Positions 51,354 to 62,437 of a stretch of DNA of 64,000 nt are shown here, piece by piece. This DNA comes from Candidatus Dadabacteria bacterium (lineage in GTDB: Bacteria; Desulfobacterota_D; UBA1144; Nemesobacterales; CSP1-2). Location: contig CAWDVW010000006.1 of NCBI GenBank assembly GCA_963805855.1, positions 1 to 64,000 of the forward strand, in the 5' to 3' direction. Below the pieces are notes generated by a model, which was not told the origin of the DNA, made no database searches, and saw only the letters and a program-made list of their open reading frames with translations. The position numbers and the translations under genes were made by a program. Every line of letters begins with the position of its first letter. Position 1 is the first letter of the stretch.

Positions 51354-52697
51354 ATGAACTTTAAGGATTTTGAAAAGTCCAAGGTCTATTTAATAAGTTT
51401 TTCCGAGCATATCAGGGATAGAATGTCTGCTTTGAGGTTAAACAGACAGATAACAATAGGTTTTGCAATGATGTTGCTTCTGATGTTGCTGATAGGGGGG
51501 TTTTCAATATTTAGTATATTCAAGCTCAGTGAGGCGGCTTCAAATATCGAGGGAAGATACAAAACCCTGTCGAGCCTTTTCGCATATGATCAAGATAGCT
51601 CTCAGGGATATCTTGCAAACGAACTGTTTGTAGACGCAATAAAAATTTCAGATGATCAGCTAAAGTTTGCTTACATCAATATCTTTACGATGGTAGGAAT
51701 AGCCCTGCTATTTGGAGGCCTACTTACGTTGATTGTTCCCAGAATAATAACAAAGCCAATATTTCATCTGGTGAATGCTGCCAAGGCGGTTGCTTCGGGG
51801 GATTATTCTTACAGGGTGAGAAATCTAATGGGAAGTGTCGAAATCTCAACTCTCATTGATGCGTTTAACAACATGCTTATGAATATTGAACAGAATAAGA
51901 ATGAGCTCGAAAAGAAAAACGAGGAAAATCTAGAGCTACTCCAATCTATCGTGAAATTTAACGAAATTCTAGAGGAGAGGATAGAAGAAGCGACTACGGA
52001 AATTCGGGAAAAACAAGAAGAGCTGATAAAAACTGAGAAGCTTGCTACAATTGGTGAGCTTGCAACAGGAATAGCGCACGAAGTTAGAAACCCGCTTTCC
52101 GGCATTGCAATAGCGCTTGAGATGATGAGGGACGATACAACAAACCCTGAACATAAACAGACTTGCACGGATATATTGCAGGAGATAGACAGGTTAGACC
52201 GCATAATAAGGGAACTGCTAAAGCTTGGGCGCCCCAGCAGGTTGAATCTCATTGAGTGCTCTCCGAATGAGATTGTAGACAGGGCACTCAGCTTGGTTAG
52301 TTTCAGGGCGCGAGAGAAGGGGATAGTCGTTGAGAAAAGGCTAGGCTGCCGTGAACTCTTTTTCGTGGATTACGAGCAGATAGAGCAGGTAGTGCTCAAC
52401 CTGTTAATAAACGGGATAGAAGCGATAAATGGGTTCCCTGCGACATTGACCGTTGAAACAGCGTCGTCCAATGGCTACGTAAGGATAAGCGTGTCCGACA
52501 CGGGATCAGGTATTTCCGAGGAAGATATGGAAAAAATTTTTCGCCCATATTACTCAACAAAGGACATAGGGACAGGCCTTGGACTTTCGATTACTAGTAA
52601 CATCGTTGAGACCCATAAGGGGAAGGTCCGAGTTTCAAGTGACAAAGAAAAGGGTTCTACCTTTACTATCTTGATCCCTTCGGATTTAAAGGTTTAA
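51354..52697 (+). CDS. HAMP sensor histidine kinase (NtrB/AtoS-like); true start may be ATG 51423
   Basis: Two TM segments, HAMP, IAHEVRNPL, NLLING, DTGSGI, GTGLGL. Confidence 0.95.
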   Translation: MNFKDFEKSKVYLISFSEHIRDRMSALRLNRQITIGFAMMLLLMLLIGGFSIFSIFKLSEAASNIEGRYKTLSSLFAYDQDSSQGYLANELFVDAIKISDDQLKFAYINIFTMVGIALLFGGLLTLIVPRIITKPIFHLVNAAKAVASGDYSYRVRNLMGSVEISTLIDAFNNMLMNIEQNKNELEKKNEENLELLQSIVKFNEILEERIEEATTEIREKQEELIKTEKLATIGELATGIAHEVRNPLSGIAIALEMMRDDTTNPEHKQTCTDILQEIDRLDRIIRELLKLGRPSRLNLIECSPNEIVDRALSLVSFRAREKGIVVEKRLGCRELFFVDYEQIEQVVLNLLINGIEAINGFPATLTVETASSNGYVRISVSDTGSGISEEDMEKIFRPYYSTKDIGTGLGLSITSNIVETHKGKVRVSSDKEKGSTFTILIPSDLKV

Positions 52698-52773
52698 ACC
52701 TTATTTGATTTAGATACTCGTAACTCTGATTTAAAGATAAATTATGTCAATTTAAGCGCCCTGGGAGGAAGCA

Positions 52774-54153
52774 TTGACTGATCTTGTTCTAATAATCGAT
52801 GATGAAAGGCTATTGTGCAAACAGCTGGAAAAGGCCCTGTCTCATGAAGGGCACGAAGTTGTTACTGCGTTTACTGGAAAAGATGGGATCGAGATAGCCA
52901 AAAGAGAAAATCCGGATGTGGTTCTTCTAGACCTGAGACTTCCCGATGTGGATGGTCTTGAAGTTCTTGGCAACCTTACCGGTCTTGAGCCGGTACCTAA
53001 CACTATAATGATGACCGCGCATGGCAACATTGAAGTGGCAGTGGCGGCCATTAAAAAGGGCGCGTATGATTTTATAGAAAAACCCTTTTCAGTCGATAAG
53101 CTAAGAATAATGGTTCGCAATGCCCTGAGTGCCCACGTCCTAAAGACCAATCTGAGTGCTGTAACGATGAGGGAGCAGTTGAAGTATGATTTGAGCTCCT
53201 TTGTAGGTCGAAGCGAAGCGATTAAAGAGATTATCCAGTTGTTATTAAAATTAGCCAATACGGATCCTCGAATGATTCTTATTACAGGAGAAAGTGGAAC
53301 GGGAAAAGGTCTGGCTGCGAGGGTACTACATTTTAATGGGGTGAGGGCCCAAAAACCTATATTGGAATTAAATTGTGCGGCCATACCAGAAACACTTCTC
53401 GAAACAGAACTTTTCGGACATGAAGCAGGAGCGTTTACAGATGCGAAGAAAATGAAAAAGGGCATTTTTGAGATTGCGGATGGAGGAACTATTTTCCTCG
53501 ATGAAATCGCGGATATGAGCTTGTCGACCCAGGCAAAGCTTGTAAAGGTCATTGAGGAAAGAACATTCAGGAGAATAGGAGGTACGAGGGATATTAGCGT
53601 AGACGTGAGGATAATTGCGGCCACGAACCGTTCTCTTAAGGAACTTGTGAGCAAAAAGCTTTTCAGGGAAGATCTGTATCATCGTCTAAATGTTATAAGT
53701 TTTGAGATGCCACCACTGAGGTCGAGGAGAAACGATATCCCTATGCTCACGGACTATTTTGTAGAATATTTCAACAATGAACTTCATAAAAATATTAGGG
53801 TCGTGCCTGAAGGGGTAAGAGAAAATTTCTTGGACTACGCATGGCCTGGTAATGTTAGGGAGCTTAGAAGTACAATAGAGAGAGCGATTCTTCTCAGTGA
53901 TGGTGTTATTCTTAATCCGACTTATATTAAGCTTGAGGGGCAATTACAGAATGACGTGAGGGTTAACGAGAGTCAAGAGAAGATAGTTTTGGAGATGTCC
54001 TTAAATGATATGTCACTCTCAAAAATTGAGGAGAAGGTAATAAGAGAAGCATTGACGATGAATGATTGGAACCAAACGAGGACCGCCGAAAAGCTAGGGG
54101 TCACCAGAGAAGTCCTCAGATATAGAATGAAAAAAATGGGACTTCTCGAATAA
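52774..54153 (+). CDS. Sigma-54-dependent response regulator (NtrC/AtoC family)
   Basis: IIDDE, LLDLRLP, GESGTGK, GAFTDA, FLDEI, WPGNVREL, Fis-type HTH. Confidence 0.96.
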   Translation: MTDLVLIIDDERLLCKQLEKALSHEGHEVVTAFTGKDGIEIAKRENPDVVLLDLRLPDVDGLEVLGNLTGLEPVPNTIMMTAHGNIEVAVAAIKKGAYDFIEKPFSVDKLRIMVRNALSAHVLKTNLSAVTMREQLKYDLSSFVGRSEAIKEIIQLLLKLANTDPRMILITGESGTGKGLAARVLHFNGVRAQKPILELNCAAIPETLLETELFGHEAGAFTDAKKMKKGIFEIADGGTIFLDEIADMSLSTQAKLVKVIEERTFRRIGGTRDISVDVRIIAATNRSLKELVSKKLFREDLYHRLNVISFEMPPLRSRRNDIPMLTDYFVEYFNNELHKNIRVVPEGVRENFLDYAWPGNVRELRSTIERAILLSDGVILNPTYIKLEGQLQNDVRVNESQEKIVLEMSLNDMSLSKIEEKVIREALTMNDWNQTRTAEKLGVTREVLRYRMKKMGLLE

Positions 54154-54177
54154 ATAAACATATAATAAGACTAGAGA

Positions 54178-55872
54178 ATGCAAATGAACTCGGCAGTAAT
54201 TGCTGTAGTCGTACTGATACTTTATTTTTTTGGATATCGCTTCTATTCGAGATATATCTCAAGAAAGGTGTTTCAGGTCTCAGATGATGAATTAACCCCG
54301 TCTCATGAGCTTAAAGACGACTTGGACTTTGTGCCGACAAATAAACACGTGCTCTTTGGTCACCACTTCGCCTCTATAGCCGGTGCGGCACCAATTATCG
54401 GACCTGCGATAGCTGTTTTTTGGGGTTGGCTCCCCGCGATAATTTGGATAGTGGTGGGTACCATTTTTATGGGTGCCGTGCATGATTACAGTGCGCTGGT
54501 AATCTCGGCAAGACGAAAGGGAAGATCTATCGTTGATATTACAGGAGTGCTGTTAAATTCGCGCTCTAGGACATTATTTCTCTTGATTGTCTATTTCCTG
54601 ATCTTCTTCGTGTTAGCGGTATTCGCCTATGCAATCGCAGCCCTTTTCGTTAAGTTTCCTACTAGCGTGTTGCCAATAAATTTTCAGATAGTTATCGCTG
54701 TTGCTATTGGGTTATTGTTTTATAAGAAGGGTGTATCGATTCTGTGGCCATCCATCATTTCGCTTGTCTTAATCTATATGATGATATGGGCCGGGACAAA
54801 GCTACCTGTTCATGTCCCGCCGGTCATGGGCAGTGAAATCGTTACTTGGATTATCTTATTGTTATTATATTCCTTTGTTGCCTCTGTGCTTCCCGTCTGG
54901 TTATTGTTACAGCCTCGCGACTACATAAATAGCCACATGCTGTTTTTTGGTCTTGGTATTCTTATAATCGGATTGCTTTTCGCTCATCCAACAATGCAGG
55001 CACCGGCACTTAATCTCAACAAAGTCGGTGCCCTACCAATATTCCCATTCATTTTTATAACAATCGCATGTGGGGCGATCAGCGGTTTTCACGGACTTGT
55101 ATCAAGCGGAACTACATCAAAGCAAATGGACAAGATGTCGCACGCAAGATTCATAGGCTATGGAGGAATGCTAGGCGAGGGAACTCTTGCAATGATCGCT
55201 ACTCTAGCGGTTGCTGCGGGTATTAAGCACAGCGAGTGGCTGAAGCACTACGATTCCTGGCAAGCCGCAAGCAGCGGTGGTCTTAGTAACTTTGTTATTG
55301 GAGCTTCGAGTTTCTTACAGGCGTTGAAGATTCCTGACCTGATAGGCAGCACCTTGATAAGCGTGCTAGTCATTAGCTTTGCCGCTACCTCACTTGATAC
55401 CGCAGCCAGAATACAGAGGTTGATAATAAGCGAACTAGGGTCTGCTTATAACGTAAGAACCTTGGAAAGCAGATATGTGGGTGCGGCTTTGGCGGTAGTA
55501 CCGAGTCTTTTGCTGGCAATACTGGCAGAGGCCCCCGGTCAAGGACCCGGTTCTGGCGGATTTCTTCTCTGGCCTCTATTTGGGGCTACCAACCAGCTAG
55601 TCGGGGGTTTGACCCTTCTTGCTGTAACAATCTTCCTTTGGAAAACGGGAAGGCCTGTGATTTACACGTTGATTCCTATGGTGTTCCTAATACTCATGAC
55701 CACAGCATCCATGATTCTGAACTTTAAGGAATTTGCTTATAACCCCTTGTTATTGGTGCTATCGGCTATCATACTGGCACTGGCCGTCTGGCTTATACTT
55801 GAAGCTGCTTTTGTTTACAATAGACAAAGAAACTCAGAAGGCGTAGTTACGAAATTGCCTGAAATGGATTAA
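54178..55872 (+). CDS. cstA: Carbon starvation protein A family transporter
   Basis: GHHFASIAGAAPIIGP, LLQPRDY, TIACGAISGFH, WPLFGATNQL. Confidence 0.95.
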   Translation: MQMNSAVIAVVVLILYFFGYRFYSRYISRKVFQVSDDELTPSHELKDDLDFVPTNKHVLFGHHFASIAGAAPIIGPAIAVFWGWLPAIIWIVVGTIFMGAVHDYSALVISARRKGRSIVDITGVLLNSRSRTLFLLIVYFLIFFVLAVFAYAIAALFVKFPTSVLPINFQIVIAVAIGLLFYKKGVSILWPSIISLVLIYMMIWAGTKLPVHVPPVMGSEIVTWIILLLLYSFVASVLPVWLLLQPRDYINSHMLFFGLGILIIGLLFAHPTMQAPALNLNKVGALPIFPFIFITIACGAISGFHGLVSSGTTSKQMDKMSHARFIGYGGMLGEGTLAMIATLAVAAGIKHSEWLKHYDSWQAASSGGLSNFVIGASSFLQALKIPDLIGSTLISVLVISFAATSLDTAARIQRLIISELGSAYNVRTLESRYVGAALAVVPSLLLAILAEAPGQGPGSGGFLLWPLFGATNQLVGGLTLLAVTIFLWKTGRPVIYTLIPMVFLILMTTASMILNFKEFAYNPLLLVLSAIILALAVWLILEAAFVYNRQRNSEGVVTKLPEMD

Positions 55873-55885
55873 GAGAGTCTTATAC

Positions 55886-56332
55886 TCACTCAAATATTGT
55901 TTTATTTGAGACAAGAATTCTTGCTTCGGCAGTAGCGGCAATAATTCCCTGTTGATTTTTTACCTCCCCTGATAGATCGACAAGACCTCCGTCGATCTTC
56001 GGTTTTTCCTCGAGCATCTTAACCTCCCATTCCATTTGAATCGTATCGTCAATATAGATGGGTGCAGTGAACTTTATAGAGGCTTCGACTGTGGATATAT
56101 CAGTATCGTGAAACACGTTGCTGTAAACTCCGACCATCAAGCTGAATGTGAGTGCCCCATGTAGGACCCGCTTTCCGAATCTTGATTTTCTCATGTTTGG
56201 TTCGTTTGTGTGAAGCGCATTAAAGTCTCGAAACAGGCCGGCCGCTTTGACGAGATGGGCCTCCGTTATGGTAATACTCTCTGAGAATTTATCCCCGATT
56301 TTCAACTCACTAAACGCTCTTCCTATTCTCAT
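55886..56332 (-). CDS. MaoC-family dehydratase
   Basis: DFNALH, FGKRVLHG, FTAPIYIDDT. Confidence 0.88.
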   Translation of the reverse strand: MRIGRAFSELKIGDKFSESITITEAHLVKAAGLFRDFNALHTNEPNMRKSRFGKRVLHGALTFSLMVGVYSNVFHDTDISTVEASIKFTAPIYIDDTIQMEWEVKMLEEKPKIDGGLVDLSGEVKNQQGIIAATAEARILVSNKTIFE

Positions 56333-56383
56333 GATGTTTGGCTCCTCATGGCATCGATTTAGCCCTCAGTAAATATTGTAGAC

Positions 56384-56986
56384 CTAGATTTTCTTTCTAT
56401 CCTTCAGTGCCTTTCCCAAAGTGATCTCGTCAACGTATCCAATATCACCGCCAACCGGGATTCCATAGGCAATTCTAGTTGTCTCAATTCCAATCGGCTT
56501 TATTATTTTCGCAAGGTATAAAGCTGTGGCTTCGCCTTCCACACTCGGGTTTGTGGCTATTATAACTTCAGTTATTGGTTCTGTCTTCAGTCTATCGATC
56601 AGTTCTTTGATCTTTAAATCGTCGGGTCCCACACCTTCTATTGGAGATATGACACCATTTAATACGTGGTATTGTCCCCTGTGCTCCCTGCTTCTTTCGA
56701 TTGCGAGCAGGTCAAAAGGTTCTTCGACAACGCAGATCACAGCCTTATCTCTTTTTTGATCTGTGCAAATTGAGCAATTATCTCCAGCCATAAAACTGAA
56801 GCAAATCGGGCAGATAGAAACCTTCGTTTTAGCATCTACGATGGCTTTTGCTATGTCTTCGGCAAATTCCTTGGGAGATCTCAGTAGATGAAAGGCTAAT
56901 CTCGTAGCGTTCTTTTCACCGATTCCCGGAAGTTTCGATAGAGATTCGATGAGCCTGGAGATCGGATCTGGCAAACCGTAGTGCAT
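56384..56986 (-). CDS. recR: Recombination protein RecR
   Basis: LPGIGEK, C4 zinc finger, YHVLNGVISP, ATNPSVEGEATA. Confidence 0.98.
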   Translation of the reverse strand: MHYGLPDPISRLIESLSKLPGIGEKNATRLAFHLLRSPKEFAEDIAKAIVDAKTKVSICPICFSFMAGDNCSICTDQKRDKAVICVVEEPFDLLAIERSREHRGQYHVLNGVISPIEGVGPDDLKIKELIDRLKTEPITEVIIATNPSVEGEATALYLAKIIKPIGIETTRIAYGIPVGGDIGYVDEITLGKALKDRKKI

Positions 56987-56988
56987 TT

Positions 56989-57312
56989 TCAAATAAGACC
57001 GGGTGGCAGACCAAAACCGGTCGCCGCCTTGGCTAGTTCCTCTTTCATGATCTCTCTTCCTCTATTTAGAACCTCATTTACAGCCGCGGTTATTAAGTCT
57101 TGGAGCATCTCAATATCGCCCTCCTGTATGATTGCTGGCTCAATCTTTATTGAGAGTAATTCGCCGTTGGCTTTGGCGACAGCGGTTACCATTCCTCCAC
57201 CTGCCGATGCCTCAATAACCTTTTCTCCGGCTTCGGCCTGTAGTTTTTCCATCTGCTCTTTTACCTTCTCGGCTTGCTTTAGCATATTCTTAATATTTCC
57301 ACCGAATTTCAT
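56989..57312 (-). CDS. ybaB: Nucleoid-associated protein YbaB/EbfC
   Basis: ASAGGGMV, DIEMLQDLITAAVN; position between dnaX and recR. Confidence 0.96.
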   Translation of the reverse strand: MKFGGNIKNMLKQAEKVKEQMEKLQAEAGEKVIEASAGGGMVTAVAKANGELLSIKIEPAIIQEGDIEMLQDLITAAVNEVLNRGREIMKEELAKAATGFGLPPGLI

Positions 57313-57317
57313 ATAAC

Positions 57318-58979
57318 CTACTCCTTTTCTCTGATTTTAATATTAACTATTCTTCCCCTGAAGATTTCCATTGCATCTTTAACAGCTTGAGTGTTTTGTA
57401 TTTGTGATCTGATCTTAGAATTTTTATCACTCAAACTCGTATTATCGGCATCGGATGAAGTCGCTATAGCCACTATCTTGTAATCTCTTCCAAAATATTC
57501 TTTTGATAATTTCCGAATTGTGTCTTGGGTCTCTTTACGAATTATGTAATCGTAATGGATTGACTGAGACGGAAACTCTATGTTTATAATCGAATCGCCG
57601 ATTCTCAGAGACTCAGCGTGTTCTAGTTGCATTGCAATAACGGGTTTTTTTTCTTTCAAAAACCGAATGAAGTCTTGACCTTCTACAATTTTTGTTTTGT
57701 CTTCTTTTATTTTTTCTGATCTCTTTGTGTCATCCCTCGATTCGACGTTTGGCGACTTGTCTTTTTGTGTTTTCGCCGCTTGTTTAAGGCCCTGAGTCTG
57801 AGGAACTTCTTTATCATATGACCGTGTAGTAGCATTTACCAGCTTATCTTTAAGCCTTTCAATACTTTTTAAAATATCGTCTATGGCAATTGAAGTATCC
57901 AAAATAGTTAGTTTAACTAAAGCAACCTCAAGTGCCATTTGAGGATAGAACGATTGTTGTATTTCTTCCGCTCCTTTCAGCATGAGATTAAATAGCAACT
58001 CAAGGCTTTCAATACTGTGATCACTAGATAATAGCTCAATTTCCCTTTTCTCTTCCTTAGATATATTAGATAATATTTCCCCCCCAGATGCTCGGATTAT
58101 GAGTGCGTTCCTCAAAGTTTTTAGCAAATCTTCTGCAAATCGCTTTGGACTTACACCCTTAAGGCTTGCTTCATTTAGCGTTTCGAGACACATCTTGGTA
58201 TCTTTTCTGAAAATTGCCGAAACCGCCTTTCTTAAAAGTTGCTTGTCCAGTAAACCCAAGATTCTGGTTGCTTCTTCGCGTTTTATATCTGTGCCGAAGG
58301 TTGCAACAAGCTGGTCTAAAAGGCTCAAAGCATCACGCAGGCTTCCGTCGGATTCCTGGGCTATCAAATAGATTGTTTCTTCTTTGATGTTTATGTTCTC
58401 AGTAGAAGTTACCAGCTTTATCCTATCCTTTATCTTATCCGTTGAGACCTTTTTAAAATCGTATCTTTGACAGCGTGAGAGGATGGTAACAGGGATCTTT
58501 TGAACCTCCGTGGTAGCAAGTATAAAAAGTACGTGCGGAGGAGGCTCTTCCAATGTTTTAAGTAAAGCATTAAAAGCGGATTGAGAGAGCATATGAGCTT
58601 CGTCGATTATATATATCTTTGTTTTTCCTGACGAAGGTAAGTATTTGACGTTCTCAATAATTTCCCTTATGTCTTTTACCCCTGTGTGAGAAGCTGCGTC
58701 GATTTCAATAACATCGAGAGAATTCCCTTCAGATATTTCTTGGCAGTTCGTGCACTCTGAGCATGGAAGATTCGTAGGCCCGTCTTTGCAGTTAAGTGCT
58801 TTTGCGACTATCCTTGCGGTGGAGGTTTTTCCCACACCCCTGGGTCCCGAAAATATAAACGCATGAGCCGTCTTTCCGCTTGATATGGCGTTTTTCAGGG
58901 TTTGGATTATATACTCCTGCCCAATTACATCATCAAAGACTTTTGGTCTCCATTTTCTTGCAAGTACAAGGTATGACAT
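57318..58979 (-). CDS. dnaX: DNA polymerase III subunit gamma/tau
   Basis: LARKWRP, GPRGVGKT, IDEAHML, SRCQ, GSLRDA. Confidence 0.98.
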   Translation of the reverse strand: MSYLVLARKWRPKVFDDVIGQEYIIQTLKNAISSGKTAHAFIFSGPRGVGKTSTARIVAKALNCKDGPTNLPCSECTNCQEISEGNSLDVIEIDAASHTGVKDIREIIENVKYLPSSGKTKIYIIDEAHMLSQSAFNALLKTLEEPPPHVLFILATTEVQKIPVTILSRCQRYDFKKVSTDKIKDRIKLVTSTENINIKEETIYLIAQESDGSLRDALSLLDQLVATFGTDIKREEATRILGLLDKQLLRKAVSAIFRKDTKMCLETLNEASLKGVSPKRFAEDLLKTLRNALIIRASGGEILSNISKEEKREIELLSSDHSIESLELLFNLMLKGAEEIQQSFYPQMALEVALVKLTILDTSIAIDDILKSIERLKDKLVNATTRSYDKEVPQTQGLKQAAKTQKDKSPNVESRDDTKRSEKIKEDKTKIVEGQDFIRFLKEKKPVIAMQLEHAESLRIGDSIINIEFPSQSIHYDYIIRKETQDTIRKLSKEYFGRDYKIVAIATSSDADNTSLSDKNSKIRSQIQNTQAVKDAMEIFRGRIVNIKIREKE

Positions 58980-58992
58980 GATTATTTCAAAA

Positions 58993-59098
<106 letters not shown>

Positions 59099-59116
59099 AA
59101 CTCTATTTTTCATTCA

Positions 59117-59211
<95 letters not shown>

Positions 59212-59588
59212 CAAATAATACATTTTTCGAAATTCTAACATCGGGAATTTAAATGTTCAAAAAACGAGTTGAATGTTTTCTTAATATATTAATGGAATGA
59301 TGACCTTACCCTAAAGTTCTGCGTGTGTGGTTGAAAAGATAAATCCTGTTATATGATCCCAACGCTATCTCCCAGAATGCTAGACACAAAGCAAAAATTG
59401 GGAATATTTTCCTTTAAATTTCTTGCAATCGATAGTCGCTACGAAGAGACCGTCTTCTTCAGTAGGTGAGAGTAGAGCCAATGGACCTTCTTTGAATAAA
59501 AATTGGTACAATGGTACAAAACGCGGAGAATAAGAGTGTTATAAAGAAAATATCCCTTAAATTTTTGTAAGCTATTTCAACCCGCCGG

Positions 59589-60053
59589 TCATTTCCCTTT
59601 ATATTCACACTTACAAATGTCCTTTCTAACATAAGCGATTACATTCAAGATATCATTCTCTGATAGTATACTACCCCATGCGGCCATCATTGGGGACTTT
59701 CCGACGGATGCTCCACCCTCGGTTATTACTTTGACTAAATGCTCATTGCTGAGTGTTGACACATAGTCTGCATCACTCAGGTTCCTAGGTTTGGGATCTA
59801 ACGCTGCTGCCGCGGGTCCATTCCCCTTGCCTTCAGGCCCATGGCAGGCCGCGCAATTGGCCTGGAAAACCTCCTTCCCCTTTGCGGGATCGCCCTCGGG
59901 TTGAGCTTTTGCGAGTACTGCTCCTATTGACTCCTGAGAGTTTTTATAGAGTTTTACCTCATCGTTACTACTTCTTGCGGAGATACTGATGGGCACTAGT
60001 AGTACGACGGTCGTTGCCATCAAGGCAAAAAATGCAGATGTGATTTTGGACAT
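59589..60053 (-). CDS. Monoheme class I cytochrome c
   Basis: Signal peptide; CAACHGPEGKGNGP; PRNL; distal Met in PMMAAW. Confidence 0.93.
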   Translation of the reverse strand: MSKITSAFFALMATTVVLLVPISISARSSNDEVKLYKNSQESIGAVLAKAQPEGDPAKGKEVFQANCAACHGPEGKGNGPAAAALDPKPRNLSDADYVSTLSNEHLVKVITEGGASVGKSPMMAAWGSILSENDILNVIAYVRKDICKCEYKGK

Positions 60054-60469
60054 CGATGACCCTCCTTGGTTTGTTGCATGATCTTCAATACCGTGCTTCG
60101 ATTAATGCATATTTTAACTGTATATTTAGTTTTGTTAAGCATCGATGTATTTTCAATATTAATATCCAGGTTTTATTTTTTTTAGGTAAGAAATAGAGGA
60201 ATTGGTCGGTTCTTAATGATTGTTATGAGTGTTTTTGCTTATAGGCTAATTCATTTCTGACAAAATGTTATTTAACGAAATCATCAAACGATCATCGAAG
60301 CTTAACATGAAATTCAGCTTGGATATCTAATCCTTATGGGATATGGTTAATAGCAATTTCTTTTAATGATAAATTGATTTGCTTGACTTTCCAGGCAACT
60401 TTCTGAAGATTTACGTGGTGTAATAATCGAAGTATCAGGAGATAAAATTACTATAACAGGATCATAATC

Positions 60470-61222
60470 ATGCACTTTGTAAACGTCGATATCAGGGGGG
60501 GAGTGGCGGAAATTACTTTAAACAGACCAAAGGTGAATGCGATAAACGAGCGAGTGGTTCTCGAACTTGCACAATGTCTTAACGAAATTCGACGGGATGA
60601 CACGGCAAAGGCTTTAATTCTGACGGGTGAAGGCAGCTTCTTCTCCTTCGGGTTTGATGTCCCTGAATTATATCAATATGAAAAGAAGGATTTTACCGAA
60701 TTCATGTTGAATTTTTCAGACATGCTAAGAAACGTTTTTCTATTTCCGAAGCCGGTCGTAGCGGCATTGAATGGGCACACCATCGCGGGTGCCTGTATCC
60801 TAGCCCTGGCGTGTGATTACAGATTAATGGTCGCTGAAAAGGCAAAGATTTCATTAAATGAAATAACATTTGGGTCAACCCTTTTTTCTTCGGCCGTCGA
60901 GATGCTCAGATTCTTGGTTGGATCAAGAAATGCTTCGACAATTCTTTATTCCGGGCGAATGTATTCTGCTGACGAAGCGGTTCGGTTAGGATTAATCGAT
61001 AAAGCGGTGGAGAGGGGGGACCTTCTGAATTCTGCCCGTAGTATTGCCGAAGATTACATGAATACAGACGCTCCGGCATTTAGGGGAATCAAGCATCTTT
61101 TGAGACAGCAGGCTGCCGATTACATAAAGGGTATTGAGAAAGACTCTGTCAGAGAGTTTGTAGATATTTGGTATTCTGAAAGCGTTCGTGCCAGTCTTAG
61201 GAAGGTTGTTATCAAAGACTAG
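60470..61222 (+). CDS. Enoyl-CoA hydratase/isomerase
   Basis: LNRPKVNA, FSFGFD, PKPVVAALNGHTIAGAC, LNE. Confidence 0.93.
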   Translation: MHFVNVDIRGGVAEITLNRPKVNAINERVVLELAQCLNEIRRDDTAKALILTGEGSFFSFGFDVPELYQYEKKDFTEFMLNFSDMLRNVFLFPKPVVAALNGHTIAGACILALACDYRLMVAEKAKISLNEITFGSTLFSSAVEMLRFLVGSRNASTILYSGRMYSADEAVRLGLIDKAVERGDLLNSARSIAEDYMNTDAPAFRGIKHLLRQQAADYIKGIEKDSVREFVDIWYSESVRASLRKVVIKD

Positions 61223-61300
61223 AATTCAATACTACTTGTTTGATTATCATGTTTAACTTTTATGTTGGCGAAATCATGGAGAAAGCGAGGAGTCAATGCG

Positions 61301-61879
61301 ATGATTAAGGATTGGGATATCATCAAATCCAAGAGGTTGAACTCTTATAGGATATTTTCAACTAGAATGGATATAGGCAAATCACCTGTCACTGGCAAGG
61401 AGCACGATTTTTATATAATCGAAGCACCGGCATGGGTTAACGTGGTTGCAATTAGTGCCGATGACGAGATTCTTTTAATTAAGCAATATCGTCATGGAAT
61501 CAGGTCTGTAACATTTGAAATACCGGGGGGTATGGTAGATCCAGGAGAGTCGCCGCTTGACGCAGCTAGAAGAGAATTAATGGAGGAGACTGGTTTTATT
61601 TCAAATGACTGGGCATTGATTGGTCATGTTCATCCAAATCCCGCAATTCAAGACAACATATGCTTTACCTATTTGGCAAGGAATGTTGAACAGATAGGGA
61701 AGCCGAAACCTGAGGGGACTGAAGATATAGCTTCCTTTTTGATTCCCACCAGCGAAATAATAAATTTGGTATCCAACGGGGAAATTACTCACGCCCTCGT
61801 CATTTCGGCATTTTATTGGTATTTGTTACATGCTAAAGGTGGAAGACTCCCTAAGGATCTAGAATCTCGTTCAAAATAA
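61301..61879 (+). CDS. NUDIX hydrolase (ADP-ribose pyrophosphatase-like)
   Basis: QYRH, EIPGGMVDPGESPLDAARRELMEETG. Confidence 0.93.
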   Translation: MIKDWDIIKSKRLNSYRIFSTRMDIGKSPVTGKEHDFYIIEAPAWVNVVAISADDEILLIKQYRHGIRSVTFEIPGGMVDPGESPLDAARRELMEETGFISNDWALIGHVHPNPAIQDNICFTYLARNVEQIGKPKPEGTEDIASFLIPTSEIINLVSNGEITHALVISAFYWYLLHAKGGRLPKDLESRSK

Positions 61880-61924
61880 CTAATCAGAGCTTTAGTTAAC
61901 TACGTTAGTATTTAACGTGATAGG

Positions 61925-62143
61925 TTATTGTTGGTCACTTCCTGCCCTGACGACCTTACTAGCCTGAGGTCCTTTTGGACCCTCGACGGCTTCGTACTCC
62001 ACAACTTCACCATCCGAAAGGACTTTGTATCCCTGTCCTTCAATAACGCTGTAATGGACAAATACATCTTTGCCCCCATCATCTGGCTCTAAGAATCCAT
62101 AACCCTTAGAGCTATTAAACCATTTTACTTTACCCTTTAACAA
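61925..62143 (-). CDS. Cold-shock protein (CspA family), TTG start
   Basis: [36 protein letters not shown] before TTG 62143. Confidence 0.95.
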   Translation of the reverse strand: MLKGKVKWFNSSKGYGFLEPDDGGKDVFVHYSVIEGQGYKVLSDGEVVEYEAVEGPKGPQASKVVRAGSDQQ

Positions 62144-62437
62144 ATGAAAACACCTCCTGACTAAACGTGCATTTAATATCTCACAGTTTAAATCATTTGT
62201 CAATCAGTTTTTTTCAATAAACTAAGTTTATTGCATAACATAGAAATGTGTATAGGTGTCAGACTCCCGGGGCTCGATAGTCAGCGTAAAATATCTATTA
62301 TTTAATGATCGAGGTAAATGTTCCTATCTCCGTCAAAATTTGTCAGTCAGATTCTAATGCCAGGAGTGTCCGATGGGTATAACGCGAATTTTTCAAGTCT
62401 GTAACTTGATTATTTAAGTCTAAAACATGGGGACAGT

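Noticed and set aside
53428-53445. GAFTDA instead of GAFTGA in the sigma-54 activator
   Set aside because: Common natural variant in AtoC/NtrC-like proteins; not informative alone
52842-53654. Long antisense ORFs (also 39865-40479, 26730-27287, 29592-30020)
   Set aside because: Shadow frames opposite well-supported genes
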